From Lama guanicoe (lineage: Eukaryota), in NCBI GenBank assembly GCA_013239625.1, contig MU054187.1:23126795-23190794 (forward strand): DNA of 64,000 bases, given 5' to 3'. Under the pieces are notes generated by a model. The model made no database searches. It was not told the origin of the DNA and saw nothing but the letters and a program-made list of their open reading frames with translations. Both the position numbers and the translations under genes were made by a program. This document shows positions 28,760-42,245 of this stretch, piece by piece. Within the stretch, counting starts at the first letter, position 1, and every line of letters begins with the position of its first letter.

Positions 28760-30380
28760 AATAAAACAAAAAGCAAAATTGAGAGAATGTCATAAACACT
28801 GTATACCCACCACCTTGATTCTATTCTGGTTGCTTTGTCCTGTATTTATCAAACTATTTTTTTATATCCATGTATTAATCTGCCTTTAATGCACTTAAAT
28901 TACAAACAATAGAACAATCTCCCCTAAATACTCAAGCATTTATGTCATTAAATAATACTGTATTTGTCTGTGGTACTTTTTGATATAAAATCAAAATAGA
29001 GTAAAATGTACAGGTATGTATTCTCTAAGTTTAGTCAAAACTTTTGAAGATATCTGTATTAATATTTACAGCACCTCCAAAAATTCTCTCTCCCTCCCCA
29101 ACAAATGTCTGCCCTCACACCCAGGAATGACTCTTCCAATTACTTCGCAGCATAATTTTGCCTATTCTAGGTTACCGTAAAAATAGTTACAGAGCATAAC
29201 TTATTTGGCATAAGGCATGATTTACTCCATCTTCTCTTCCATCTTCCATTGTTTTATTTATTTATTATTTTATTATTAATGAGAAATATAAATTAGATAG
29301 TGGCATATGCATAGATATAATCTTGGCTATCAGTCTTTTGTCTCATATATTTTTTCCAATATTTTTCCAAATATTATTGTGGCTTGCCCATTTATCTTTT
29401 AATAGCATATTTTTATCAATAGAAGTTATTAATTTTGGTGTTTAACATATCTTTGTTTGGTATGGTTATTGCCTTTTTTTTAAAACTATATGAAGAAACA
29501 AAGTCTTTTGCCTGCCACCAAGACACAAACATGCCCTCCTTTAATTTTATTTAAAATCTGCTGTCATTTTTCAAACTGAATAATTTTTAAGATACTTCTT
29601 AGATAATTGTAGATAAAAAATAATGTAGAGCGATCCTCTGTTATCCTCTACCTTGTTTCCCTCAACAATAACATATTGCAAGACTATAGAACAATACCCA
29701 CATGCAGGATTTTGGTATCGATGCAGTCAAGATACAAAACACTCCTATTGTCACACAATTTCTTGTGTTGCTTTTTTGTAGCCACATTCAAGTCTCTCCT
29801 ACCTCCACCTTCCCCAATTTCCCTGGCAAGCATTGATTTATTTTCAATTTTTGATTATTTTGTCATTTCAAGAATGTTATATAAATGAAATCAAACAGTA
29901 TGTAACCTTTTGGAATTGGCTTTTTTTCAACCAACATAATTCTCTGGAGATGATTATGTGCATCAACAGGTAGTTTTGTCTTAATTAGTAGTAGTATTGC
30001 AATATTATTATTATTATTATATTGAGTAATATTCCATTGATGGATACACCACATTTGTTTAATTTATCATTCACTCATTGAGGGATACCTGGGTTGCATC
30101 CAGTTTGAGGCTATTATAAATAACGCTACTATAATCATTTATGTAAAAATTTTTGTGCGTACGTAAGTTTTTATTACCCTGGACCAAATACCCTAGAGTG
30201 AAACTGATGAGTCATATGATAGTTGTATGTTTAGTTTAAAAAGATAAAAAGAAATTCTTTTTCCAGAATGGTTATAACATTTTTCATTTCTACCAGCAAT
30301 GTATAAGTGATCCACTTTATCTGCCTCCTCACCAACACATAATGTTGTAACTTTTTAAAAAAAATCTCCACCATCCTGGC
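28760..30380 (-). mobile_element. Old L1M (MB/MC/ME-like) fragments
   Basis: 'tattccattgatggatacaccac...ccagtttgaggctattataaataa...taccagcaatgtata'; boundaries approximate. Confidence 0.7.
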
Positions 30381-30559
30381 TGCCTGTGAGTGTTGTTTCT
30401 AAAAGGTAGTCTGCCTTTTGATCCTGCTCCATTTTACTGACATGATTTGAGCCTTGAGATTATGTGCCGCATTCCATTATTCTAACCGAGTACATGGAGG
30501 AATACAAAAGAGAGGAATTTATAAGAAAAATAAAATCCATCATAATACTTAAACTTCCA

Positions 30560-30760
30560 AAGTGCACTCCATTTTCCTTTTATAGTACTTTCCCAGTTTC
30601 TAATTGCATAGTTATTATGTGACTATTTGGCATTAGATCATTTGCTTACTATCTTCCTCCACCACTAGGGGGCGGAAATCCTGTCTGCTGTCTTCCCCAC
30701 TGCATTGCTTCTGCATGGTATTTAAGAACACCTAGTAGAAATATATAATTGTTGAGGGTT
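30560..30760 (+). mobile_element. L2 3'-end remnant
   Basis: 'atcttcctccaccactag...cctgtctg...cactgcatt...aatatataattgttga' resembles the L2 tail. Confidence 0.5.
30662..30675 (+). promoter_or_regulatory. Candidate CTCF binding site
   Basis: CCACTAGGGGGCGG fits the core consensus CCASYAGRKGGCRS at all 14 positions; binding not shown. Confidence 0.55.
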
Positions 30761-31279
30761 AATACGCCTTCTAAATATGTTCATATTTGAATGTAAATGT
30801 AGTTAATAAATAGATGATTTAAATTGGTGGTCACAGAAATAATTGTTTAAAAATTGTGTCAGCGAGCATTCTATAATACTTTAACTTTGGTGCATTGGCT
30901 TAACTCATTTTTATCACATGTGTAAAAATTAGAAAGACCTGAGTTAACTCCTACTGGTTTTTAAGTATCAGACAAAATTATATTCTTATTTAAAAAAGTG
31001 GTTTTGTCCTTTAAAACATTTCTAATTTTTAAAGCTTAAAAATTGAATCTTGAGTACACAGAAAAAGGACTTCTTTTTATAACTCTATTTTAATAACTGA
31101 TTGAAAAGTACAGGAGTTATTCAACAGTCTGCTTCAGACATAGTCTGGATTAAGTTCTCCAGACAGAACTGAAATCATACTTAAACTTTTCTAATGAAAA
31201 AGATTGAACCATCTGTGCATCCTTCCCCATCTTAATATTTGTTCCATTGCACATATTTGATCCTGTCACATTCTCTTGC

Positions 31280-31600
31280 TCTAATGCAGTACAGTCTCTT
31301 GTCAGCACATGCATTTTTGCCCGAGTACCTGCCCCCACTGGTGGTGTCTCTTTGATGCCTACATTGCACACTGGCACCTCCAGAAAATGAATGTGTCTCT
31401 GAGTGTAGCTCTCTAGCAAGGACTGACGGCAGTTAGTGTAAGAACATTGGCTCCCAGAGTTCTCCCAACAGGATTAAACTCTAATAACCAACCAGCGTGA
31501 AACTCACTTGATATTTCATATTTTTTTGGAATCACCACCAAAATAAATTACTTGGATTCTAACCCTTGTCTCAGGGTCTTCTTCTGGGATATCCAAATGT
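31280..31600 (+). mobile_element. ERVL LTR16-like remnant
   Basis: 'ctcccagagttctccc...aaataaattacttg...ccttgtctcagggtcttcttctggg'. Confidence 0.55.
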
Positions 31601-31969
31601 AAAATAAAAATTCCTATTTGAAGTAGAAAATGAATAGCAGTTATTGCAATCTTTCTGAGTATTTCTAATTTTCATGAATGCAACACGGTGAATTTAACCA
31701 GTGAGCTGGACTCTGCCAACTGTGAATAAGAAACAGTGTTTCTTTCTCCCTCATCGCAATCCTCTTAAACCTATTATGTCAATGTTCCCCTAGATCTAGG
31801 TGAAAGCTCATGAACCTCTCAGAACTTTTCTCTTCACTTTCAAATTTAATAAACAATTGTGTTTGTACACTAAAGTCTGTGATCTTTGCAGCCCCACATA
31901 GAAACTGATCAGGCTGAGAAATCAGCACTAGAGAGGAAGCAAGGTTTCTTTTTTTTACTACTTATCAAG

Positions 31970-32489
31970 TGTAGGGGAGCAAAATTTGCTACCCCAGAAT
32001 ATGTCTCTTTGGCATATTAACTCTTTGAAGCTGGTTATTTCCTGAGAAATAGCAGACATGGAAAAAATTAACTATGAAAACCAAGTCAGAGTTACCTTTT
32101 TGTAAGAAACAATTACATTTGTAAGAGAAATCTTCATTTTGTAAAGGTCTCCCTTACCATACCAAGGGAAGATGGCCAAATCTTTAGAAAATTATCAATG
32201 GAAAGGGCTATGACTTAAGTCTGCGTAACAGCTTTACCCTTGTTTAGGGTTACTTCCCTTGACTGACTCCCCATCCTCAACATTCTCTTTTGTCTTTTGC
32301 TGTGGCTAGTACTTAAAGTGAGGGCTTTGGCCATCTTGGTGAGTTACTCAGTTTTCCTGGGTCTCTGCCACGCATACAGTTTTTAACTTTTGTTTGATTT
32401 TCTCTTGTTAATCTGTCCCATATGAATTGAATTATTAGAGCAGCCAAAGGAACCTAGAAATCTAGAGGAAATTTTCTTCCTCCTGGGCA
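31970..32489 (+). mobile_element. ERV1 solo LTR (MER34/MER39-like)
   Basis: Start 'tgtaggggagcaaaatttgctaccccagaatatgtctctttggcata'; end 'ccaaaggaacctagaa...ttttcttcctcc'. Confidence 0.75.
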
Positions 32490-33062
32490 CTGTATTACTC
32501 AACTCCTCCTCTTTTTCCTCCTCCTCCTCCACTCACTCTGCTGCCTCTGGCTCCTCATGGTTGGAGCAGAGAAGGAAAAGAGGCTGTGTGACTGGAATGT
32601 TATCACCCAGAACGGGGTGGCTGTTGCCACAGTGCTGGCTCTTCTCTTCCTGCAGTCATGGAGGGCTGGAAACCTCCCCATCCTTGCTGAGGGTCTAGCT
32701 GAGCACTACTGCCTACAGCAATAACTCCAGTAGGGAGTTTCAAGTCTTGCCCTTTCTGTCTCTGCCCTCTTCTTCTGCATTTGACAGTACACTCCTGCCT
32801 CTTTCAACCAAGATCATCTTTCCTTAGCTAGGAAGCCCTTTGGGTGGGACCATTTTCAAAATAATTCAAGGATAGATAATTCCTAGAGTTCCATGAGGCC
32901 TCGGGAAATACTCATGCACCCCTTCCCTGTCTGTGGTCTGTGAAAATAGAATTTGTTCCCATCGAAGCCCTCTCTGGGATGCCACTAGTCAGGCCAGTGA
33001 TAGGCAACCCAGCCTCTTGGCATCAGACTTCTCCAAGTGTGGGCCAGCACCAAGCCTGGTCC

Positions 33063-33192
33063 CCCAACTCCAGGGCACCAGGTCAGGTTCTGAGGGTCTC
33101 TCCATCCCCTTGCTCCAGATCATCTGCCCAACTCCAGGGCACCAGGTCAGGTTCTGAGGGTCTCTCCATCCCCTTGCTCCAGATCATCTGCC
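33063..33192 (+). repeat. Perfect 64-bp tandem duplication
   Basis: 33063-33126 is identical to 33127-33190, followed by an extra CC. Confidence 0.97.
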
Positions 33193-33686
33193 TCCTGTGG
33201 TAAGCATGGCCATGCTCTGTGAGGGGATTTAAGTTTCCCTGCTTGGCTTCAGAAAGGAGAATGTACAACCATTCCAACAGAAACCCATTTCTTACAACCT
33301 TCCTCTTAGTTATATTTGTGCTTTCCTTTATATTGGCTTGAGGCAGCTCATCAACAGATATTTATCCATCTATCTCTGGGTTATCCCTTAGCAAGTTCTT
33401 CACAGCTGGTCTGGTACCTCACTTTCAAATGACCATCTATGTACGATTCCTCATCCCCCAGTGAGTAATGGGCGAGCATTTAGCATCCGTTATTCTGATC
33501 TTTGTGGCATCAGCTGAAATTTTGAGACAACATAAGTTTCATTTTAACATGCTGCTACCACTATAATACAAAACCCAAGAAAAACCACTGAAATTTTTAG
33601 GGTTTACAATATCCTTACATCTTGATCATACATGATCTTGTTAGAATTGACTTATATATCATCTGATAATTTTCATTAATTATATC

Positions 33687-34183
33687 TGCCAACTTAAAAT
33701 TGGTACTTGCCCTCTGCCTCTTCAAGGATTGGGTCATATTGACACTTGCCATCTACCTCCGCTTGGATTGACTCATGAGCTGCTGCAGCCACTGAACCTC
33801 CAACACACCCTGACAGTAGTTCAGGGTGGAGGTCAAGAATGAGACACTGTGCTCTGGAAAAACTGGCTGAACAGGTCTTCAAATAGTTAGATATCTTCAG
33901 GAGATTCTATGAGCCCAAATTCTTGAGTCTCCTCCTATCTAGAAAAGCATTAAAATCATTAACGGTGACATCTGCTCCTCGTGATTAACAGCAAGCTTCT
34001 GCGTAAATGCGTGCTCGTCTGTACATACCCACTTCACTAAAATTGTATATAGTACTGAGTTTCCCCCACCACTTTGGAGCAGTTTCTCAGAGCTTTCTGA
34101 GATGTAATCCCCTGGACTATAGTACTCATTTTGCCCCAAATAAAATTTAGTTCTCATATTGTGTAATTTTATTTCAGTCGACA
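33687..34183 (+). mobile_element. ERV1-class solo LTR (cetartiodactyl type)
   Basis: Termini tgccaact...agtcgaca; aataaa near 34139; TSD tatc/tacc (1 mismatch). Confidence 0.8.
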
Positions 34184-36173
34184 TACCCAAGTTAGGAATT
34201 CAGTTTACAAGTGTTTTCCATCAAATAATTTTTTAGATATTGAGACCAACCTACAAGGATATATTGAAAGAGCATGCTTAAGAAAACATCTGGGCATTGG
34301 CAGACATTTTCAAGTATTGTTAAAAATATCTCGTGTATGAAACGTATTGTGAATCCTAAGATGACAAAAGAAATATCCCGTGTCATATTCTGTAAACTCT
34401 CAATACCCAAATTAGTTACAGAATCAACACCAAATATGATTTTAAAAGTCTCCCTTCTACTGCTTTCCCACATTTTCCTTTTTCTGATAATGAACATATA
34501 TTCAATGTGCATAAAATTTATTTTTAGAAATACAATTAGCTAAATCAAAATGCAGCAGCGATGTTTTAAGAAATCTTCAAAGCGTTGACATTCTTAGAGC
34601 CAGCTTTGCATCAGGCAGATCAGTAACATCTGTTCATTGATTTGACAGTTATTTAATAATATAATTACCCTGATGACTGGGTGAAAGCTGCAGACGTTAT
34701 ACTGCTCGCTCACTTCGTGGTTTCTCAAAACCAATAAAACAACTGTAAAGATACTCACATTGTGTTTCACGCTGAAATATTGATCTGAGATGTGGCTGCA
34801 AAGGCACTGACTCAAGAGGCATGGTGTTTATGTGCAGATATTAAGAAAAATGACTTTTATAGAAACTCATAAACAAGGGTGTAGCCTGCATTGTCTTTTT
34901 CTCTCATCTCAAGTTGGGAAACAGTCCCTTTCTTAAATCAGAAGACTACTTAGAGCATTCATCTCACGGAAAGTCCTAATGATGATTTGCCCGTGGGGGA
35001 CTCCACTTCGTGACAAATGAGCAGGGGCTTCTGAGGTTTACAGACTTGGAGATGGCTCTTGGTCATGCGCGCTTTCCTGTTTTCTTTTAAATGAAGAATT
35101 CCTTGAGAATATGTAAAAAGCATCGTTTAATTTTAACCAGTTATTTGTAATAGTGGAATTTGTGATGTTTTTCTGTAGCAAAGACTAAAATTGCCCTCTT
35201 GGTTGTAGAAATTAAATGGTCCTTTAAGAAAAAAAAAACTCTGTTTAGAGGATGTTATTGTCTTATTACATAAAAATGATTAAAATGTATTTGCTGGAAA
35301 GTAAAATCATAGGCATTCAACCTGTCAATGACCTTTCTCTGTTTACAAATAAAAGGTTGGCTTTTCTCAAAGCCAGGCAGGACACTGAGCCTGAATTTTA
35401 AGAATCGTGCCATGTTCTATCCCATTCACATCGCCAGAAGTAATAAGGTTCTGCAGTTAGAACTCAGCTGACAATTTGGGTGATGAATATGGCACAAAAA
35501 GACTTCTGATTGCCCTTAATATTGGCTTTGCATAGTATCAGCCATATTCAGGTTTTCTTCAGGAAATAACTTACAAAAATAGAGGAAGTGGCTTAGTTCA
35601 TTCCTGTCTCAGGCTTACGGTGTGTGCTAACATTCTCAGGGCAATACACAATGAGCAAGAAAAGAAAACAAAAATTTGTAACAGTGAGAGTCAAGGGTTC
35701 CCTTGGAGGCTGGGTGCAGAGCCAAGAGTCCGGGGCTAAGCATCCTGGCGAGGAGAAAGGGAAAAAGAAAGAAGACAGCGCTGAGTATGTTAGTAACTAC
35801 TGCACCGTTTCTTAAAAATATTAAGTAAATTAAAACCTGCAGTGAGGCTTCTATTCCTTTTTGAAGATTTCTGTAATTTTAATTTAGGTTTTATTTGGGT
35901 GTGGCATCAGTGACAGGCTTCACTGTGGGCAAGAATTGTGCAGTTTTCCTATAAAAACCCGGATAGAAGTAAAGGTTTCGTTTCCAGCTGACAGCTTAGA
36001 GGAATATCAGAAGCAGCCAAGATCATTTGGTCTCACAATTAATTAGCATCTTATTGACATTTTAAAGGGTGATCATCCAAGAATTTTGTTTGATGACTTG
36101 GCTACTTACCTGGAGTACACGTGTGCAGAGCTCATTCTCAGCACACTTCCAGATTAAAGGAAAGACACAGAAT

Positions 36174-36681
36174 TGTTGTGGTTTTCTGTTTGGCGTCAGA
36201 GCAGGTTCCCTCAAACTAATTTAAAAACACAGAAATATATCATTTTACAGTCCTGGAGCTCAGAAATCTGACATAGGTCTCAACGGGCAGAGATCAAGGT
36301 GTTGGCAGCTCTGGGTTCCTTTCTGGAAACTCCAAGGGAGAATTGTTCCTTTGCTTTCTCCAGCTTCTTGAGGCTGCCCTCATTTTTTGGCTCATGGCCT
36401 CTTCCTCTGTCTTTAAAGCCAACAGCTGTGGGCTGAGTCCCCGTGTTGCTTCTCTCAGGACCACACTTCTTCCCTCTTCTTCTTCCTCTGTTAAAACCTC
36501 CTGTGATGAGATTGGGCACACCCGGGGAATCCAGGCTAAACTACCCATTTCAAGTTTAGCTGATTGGAAACATTAATGACATTTGTAACCTCAGTGCTCT
36601 TTTGCCACGTAAGGTAACATATTCGTAGGTTCTGGGGCTCTGGGTGGGATCATCTTTGGTGGGGTCATCATTCTGCCAACA
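36174..36681 (-). mobile_element. MaLR solo LTR, MLT1C/D-like
   Basis: 'tcaaggtgttggcag...ccagcttcttgaggctgcc...ttgccacgtaaggtaacatattc'. Confidence 0.85.
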
Positions 36682-39360
36682 AATTCCTTCACCGCCTACC
36701 AAATATGTTTAGTTGTAATAGAGACTCAAAATAACAGTGATTCAGATAAAATATAATTTATTTTTCTTTTGCAGAAATGTCCTAATGGAATGACTAGCAT
36801 TTTTATAGATGTTGGAGCTGATTACTTTCAGGGAATTACATGGACAACAGGTACTAATAGAAGATACATTTGTTTCCATTTTCACATCATTACAAAAATT
36901 TTTAAATAGGCTAATTCTCTGTATATATTAAGACATTAAAACCAGCCATTTCTATTAATACAAAATGAAACTCTTTCCAAAAATAAAGAAGAACAAAAGT
37001 AAAAATCAGTTTTTATCCATTTGTATTCATATCACATAGAAACACACTGCATTGGGAATAGTAACTTGCAATGATATCAATCACAAAAATGTGTTTTTTT
37101 GGAGAATGTTAAAAGATAATGGGACTTCTTGCCAGTATGGACATAGCAATGTATTTTTAAGAGGTTTATAAGAAATTGACGCTCCCAAAACACCTGAATG
37201 GACAGAAAAAAATAAAATAATTCTTAAAAGGTAATAATTAATAAGGTTAACTTGTGATTTTAAAAATACAATGAGACAGAATAAGAATATATAGTATTTT
37301 AGCAGACACATCTATTTAATTTTCTTTAGCTAGTAGTAGAGACAAAAGGTGTTAACAGTGTAATAGCTAGGTGCTAATAACATCCTAAAATGAATAAATT
37401 ACATTACATAGAGAACACTTTTAATGGTGGCAGGGGTTATGATATTCTGGGCTACTCAGAACACACCTGCATATGAAGTACAGTTTTGGACACAGTAGCA
37501 AAAAAAGATAGCTTTAAGCTGAGGCACTTCCAGAAGAGAGTAAACTGGCAAGTGAAAACCTGGGACTCCCAACTCAGAAGCCAGAACTGTGCGTCTTGTG
37601 GAGATAAACACATAGGAAACGTGATAGCTATCTTAAAATATCTAAAGTGTGTCAGACTCCGACCTTCAACCTGCTCCACGTGGTCTTGAGAGACAGCACT
37701 TAGACCAGAGGAAGCTGTGGTTCATTATAAAGTCAATATCTTTCTCATAACTGGAGCTTTGTGGAAGTAGAATAAACTCCATCAGTAGGAAGCAAATGAT
37801 CCACCACAAAATTGCGCAAACCAAGAATGTAATTTCTAGGAACATTTCTAGAGAGGACTTGGAGCAAGTCCTTACATGTTCTCCACACCTCCTGTATGAC
37901 TTCTAAGTAAAGCATGGATGTCTCTCTCACATACGACCTCCTTATTCTATGATTCTTGATATTCTACTCAGACTTTTGGGATGCTGTCTTCTCTTAGTCC
38001 GTATATTAGGAGTGGAATTATGCAAATTGTACTTTAGCCAAAAGAAATCCAAAGTATATTTTGATTGTTACTGGAGGTAATTCTATAATGAAGAATATAT
38101 CTTATTGGTATCTTGATGTCAAAGAGAATTGAACTCAGGACCTCAAGTGAAATTGTGTTGGCATGATGGTAACAACCATCATCCTCCTGGCTTTCTGTTG
38201 GATTCCCCTCTTTCTTTGAAAGGAGAGTAAGTAGGATTGTTAATTTGGGTAACCCATAAAATCCCCAAAAGTCTTATAGAAGGGAGGGCCCCTAAAAATG
38301 AGAAATGCATTTTGTAGTAGGTAGGATGGAGGCTTAGATCTATTTTGCTTGAATAACTCCTGCTATAAAAGTTTAGCTGGTATAAAATCAATGCTCCCAC
38401 CAAGAGAAACAAAGGATGCTAGATCACACACACACACACACACGCACACACACACCCCAGGAAACAATGACAAGGCTGTTTGAAGGCACTGGAAGAAACA
38501 AAGCAGCCAGACCTAAAGGACTAAGATCCCAGAAAGAAGGGAAACACCTTAAGGTGAGTCTCCAATTGTCTGACCCTTTTCCCATCCAGGCATTTTCAAC
38601 CAAGCAGTAAACTGCAGCTCAACACTTTCCATGGTCTCATCACGCTGGACAGATATAAAGTGAAGTTTAGGGTTGCCAAGGCAGGCATCACAGTAAAAGG
38701 CAGGAGTTCAAAAAATATTTTGGGCTATTTGTTCCCTTGAGGCATTCTGCCAATTCCTAAACTGTGTACAGGATGCTGAAAACTTAAGCAGAAACTGACA
38801 TATGAGAGGCTAAAATTAATCAGGGACTTCAGAAGCCCCACGTGGATGAGGAAATAAAAGACAGAGTTCATGGCCTTCCGAAGAAAATGGAGTCTGATAA
38901 TCAAACCGAGGCTGTCCGATGAGGCTCTAAAGGACCACACCCTACCGGTAAGAGCAAAGCAAAATAAAGGAGCCCTAAATAAACCCTGAAAATTGTCTTT
39001 AATCATCTCAGTTGCTGACTGGATTAGGGCTACTTCCCACTAATTTCACTGCTTTCCAAAAGAAACATAGATCCTTTCTAAGGAAAATTGGCATCATTTA
39101 CAGGCTAAATATTTTTTTTTATGCACAATGTCTGGGGCTTAATTTTAAAATTCACAAAATATGCCAAGAGTTAAGATTAAGTAGCTGAAAATCAAGATGG
39201 AAAGAAATAGAAAATAGAAATAGATCGACAGCCTCTTCACATCCTGGGGATATTACACCTTATGCTATCCTGATATTAAGGTATTCATGGCAACAGTGAT
39301 AAGTGTACAGTGAACACTATAATTAGTATATTTTAAAAATAGATGAAAGGCTAAGAAAAG

Positions 39361-39575
39361 ATTGCAGATACTGACAGGTATATATAGAATAGATAAACAA
39401 GATTATACTGTATAGCACAGGGAAATATATACAAGATCTTGTGGTAGCTCACAGCAAAAAAAAAGTGACAAAGAATATATGTATGTTCATGTGCAACTGA
39501 AAAATTGTGCTCTACACTGGAATTTGACACAACATTGTAAAATGACTATAACTCAATAAAATAAAATTTAAAAAA
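39361..39575 (+). mobile_element. Young L1 3' end (camelid-type)
   Basis: 'tagaatagataaacaagattatactgtatagcacagggaaatatatacaa...ctcaataaaa'; same family as 4442-4674; flanked by aagaaaag on both sides. Confidence 0.85.
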
Positions 39576-40071
39576 GAAAAGGAAAAAATTATACCTGAAA
39601 AAATTGAATTCATAAAGAATTCGATGAAAATACTAGAACTAAAAAATATAAGTGAAATTAAGAAATTAATAGAATGTTTAAATAGAACTTTAATTAGTAA
39701 GTCAGGAGAAATTATCTGCACAGAATTAGGGAAAGTGAAATAAATGTATCAAAATAAACATCAGAGCCAAATAAGATCTGATAAAAATTTCTACCATATG
39801 TATAATTGATGTTCAGAAAACAGAAATAATAATTGAAAATATATTGATGAAGACTTACAAACTAATGGAAAACATTAAGCCACAAATTTTAAAAATTCTA
39901 TGACTTAACCTTGAAGAATGAAATTTAAATCACATCCAAGCATCCAAACATATCATAAAAAAAATAAAAATAAAAATTAGACAGGGCAAAGAAAGGAAGA
40001 AAGAAAGTGAAGGCTAATACAGGAAAGAAAGAATACATTACCTTCAGAGAAGAAACAACACTGACAGTTGA

Positions 40072-40245
40072 TTTTTTTTAATCGCAGTTTTAATTGATTT
40101 GCAACGTTGTGTTAATTTCTGGTGTACAGCATAGTGATTTGGTTATACATACATATATTTTCATTTTCATTATGGGTTATTATAAGTTACTGAATATCAT
40201 TCCCTGTGCTATACAGTAGGACCTTGTTGCTTATCTATTCTGTAT
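40072..40245 (-). mobile_element. 5'-truncated L1 3' end
   Basis: TSD tgacagttga at 40062-40071 and 40246-40255; TTTT/AA site follows the right copy. Confidence 0.85.
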
Positions 40246-40561
40246 TGACAGTTGACTTTTAAGCCAAAATGTTTACAACCAGGAAAAGAAAATGATATGA
40301 CATCCTTAAAGGGCTAAAACAAAACAAATCAACCACAAAAACAAGAAAGAAACAAAAAACTAACCCAGCAAAAATATTTTTCACAATGAAGGCTAAATAA
40401 AAATATTTTCAAGCAAATAAAAAATGAGCTAATTTATCATCTGTGGTATAACATATGCTGTATGTATTACATGTCTACATATATGTACATACACACCAGT
40501 GAGTCATAAAGGCTGGTATTGTGTAAAGACAGACATGTAGCTCAGTGGAGGTGACTAGAGC

Positions 40562-40700
40562 AATTGTTGGCAAACCTTGACCTGTGAATCGGCTCTTTGT
40601 ATAAAGTTTTATTGGAACACAGCCATCGCCACTTATTTACATACTGTTTATGGCTGCCATATGATCCACAGTGTCTAAAACAATCTCTGACCTTTTTTAA
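40562..40700. mobile_element. MER58-like hAT fragment
   Basis: 'ttgtataaagttttattggaacacagccat...ttatggctg'. Confidence 0.7.
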
Positions 40701-42163
40701 AAAAAATGCCTATTATGTACTGGAGAATTTAAAAACAGCCCCAAATATATATTACCACTTGATTTATGACAAATGCAACACTGTTATCCAACAAGTAGAG
40801 TATGATCATTTCAATAAATTGTGGCAAGTCTTACAGAAATGCTTAGAGGAAACAGAATTCTTGAGCCATTCTTCAAAAAACATTCAAATTCCAAGAAAAG
40901 TGCAAATCTAAATCTGAAAGGTCAGGTTTACATAAGTTTTTGGAATTAACTTATATAGGAGAAGTTGGGGTAAGCAAAGAGTTATTGAACAGGAGAAAAA
41001 AACACTGACTCTAAAGGTAATCATGGGTACGTCTGCTTTCATTTAAATTAAGAAATTTTTGTTTGTCAGTGGATAACAGTCTACATAGAGAGAAGATATA
41101 ATCAATATGTCAAGATTTATCTATCTGGACAAACAGATATGTGTGAAAGACTGCATATCAATAAATAAAGGCCTACTGCAAATCAATGAGGGAAAGATAA
41201 ACTTATGAAAATGTCACAGACTATAAGAGTGATTTCACAAAGAAAAAAGATTTAAATTTTACAATAAACACATGGAAAAGGTGCTCAAATCAATAGCTGC
41301 CAGACACTATTCATGAAGAAAGTGAAAATTAAAACCACAATAACATACTTCACAATCTCATCAGAAATATACATTATTTTAAACTGACACTAACAAGTAT
41401 TATCAAGGACTTGGAGCAGCTAGAACTCTCTTACACTGGTTGATGTATAAATTTTTACGACCACTTGGGAAAAACAGATTGACAGCATCTACCAAAGGAG
41501 AATATAAGCACCCAGTCATTCTTTTCACCAGAAATATATTCGTATGTGCACTGAGAGATACGAACAAGCTTGTCCATAGCAACGCTATGGTAACTGCCCC
41601 GACTTGGAAACCATCGAAATGTCTATCAACTTTAAAAGGGATAAATCAAATAGGTTAAATTATATAATAAAATACTTTCAGACAATGGAAGTGTCTGGAA
41701 TATACATACATGCAGTGATATAGATGAATTCCACAAACAAAGTTAGGTGAAGGGAACCAAGCAAAAATACCTGCTGTATGATTTCAGTCACATTTCATAA
41801 GGAAGCAAAGTCAATGTGTAATTACAGGCTTCAGGAGAGCAGTTCTTCGGGTAGGGGGGCAGCTTACGTGAAGGGGTGCGAAAGGGTATGTAGAGTGCTG
41901 GAGACACTCTACCTTTTGATCAGGATGCTAGTTATCCAGGTGTTTTCACTCTGTGGACTTTAATTGATTTACGTATTTATAATTTATGCACTTTGGGGGA
42001 TGAAGGTAATCTGTCAATAAAAGGCGACCTTGAAAATGTAACTCCATTTTATATCTCAGCTTTTGAAGCGAGTCATCCATGTTTACTATATCACTACTCC
42101 TCTGCCAGAAAAAAAAATGGACAATTGTTTAAACAATGATTGCTTTTGTATAGTCAATTTGAT

Positions 42164-42245
42164 ACATACACTTCTATATATAATTTTCTCATTTTGCTAC
42201 AATGAACATATACTTCTGTATATAATTTTCTCATTTTGCTATACA
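42164..42245 (+). repeat. Imperfect 42-bp tandem duplication
   Basis: acata(c/t)acttct(a/g)tatataattttctcattttgcta at 42164 and 42206. Confidence 0.85.

Larger units (their letters stand above)
38330..42030 (+). mobile_element. Long, highly degraded old L1 (L1ME-like) with younger insertions
   Basis: A-rich plus strand; ORF1/ORF2-like remnants; 3' motifs 'ggagcagctagaactctc...ttggaaaccatcgaaatgtctatcaac...aataaa'; boundaries approximate. Confidence 0.6.

Noticed and set aside
33063..33192. CRISPR-like direct repeat
   Set aside because: Two contiguous copies with no spacer, in mammalian DNA.
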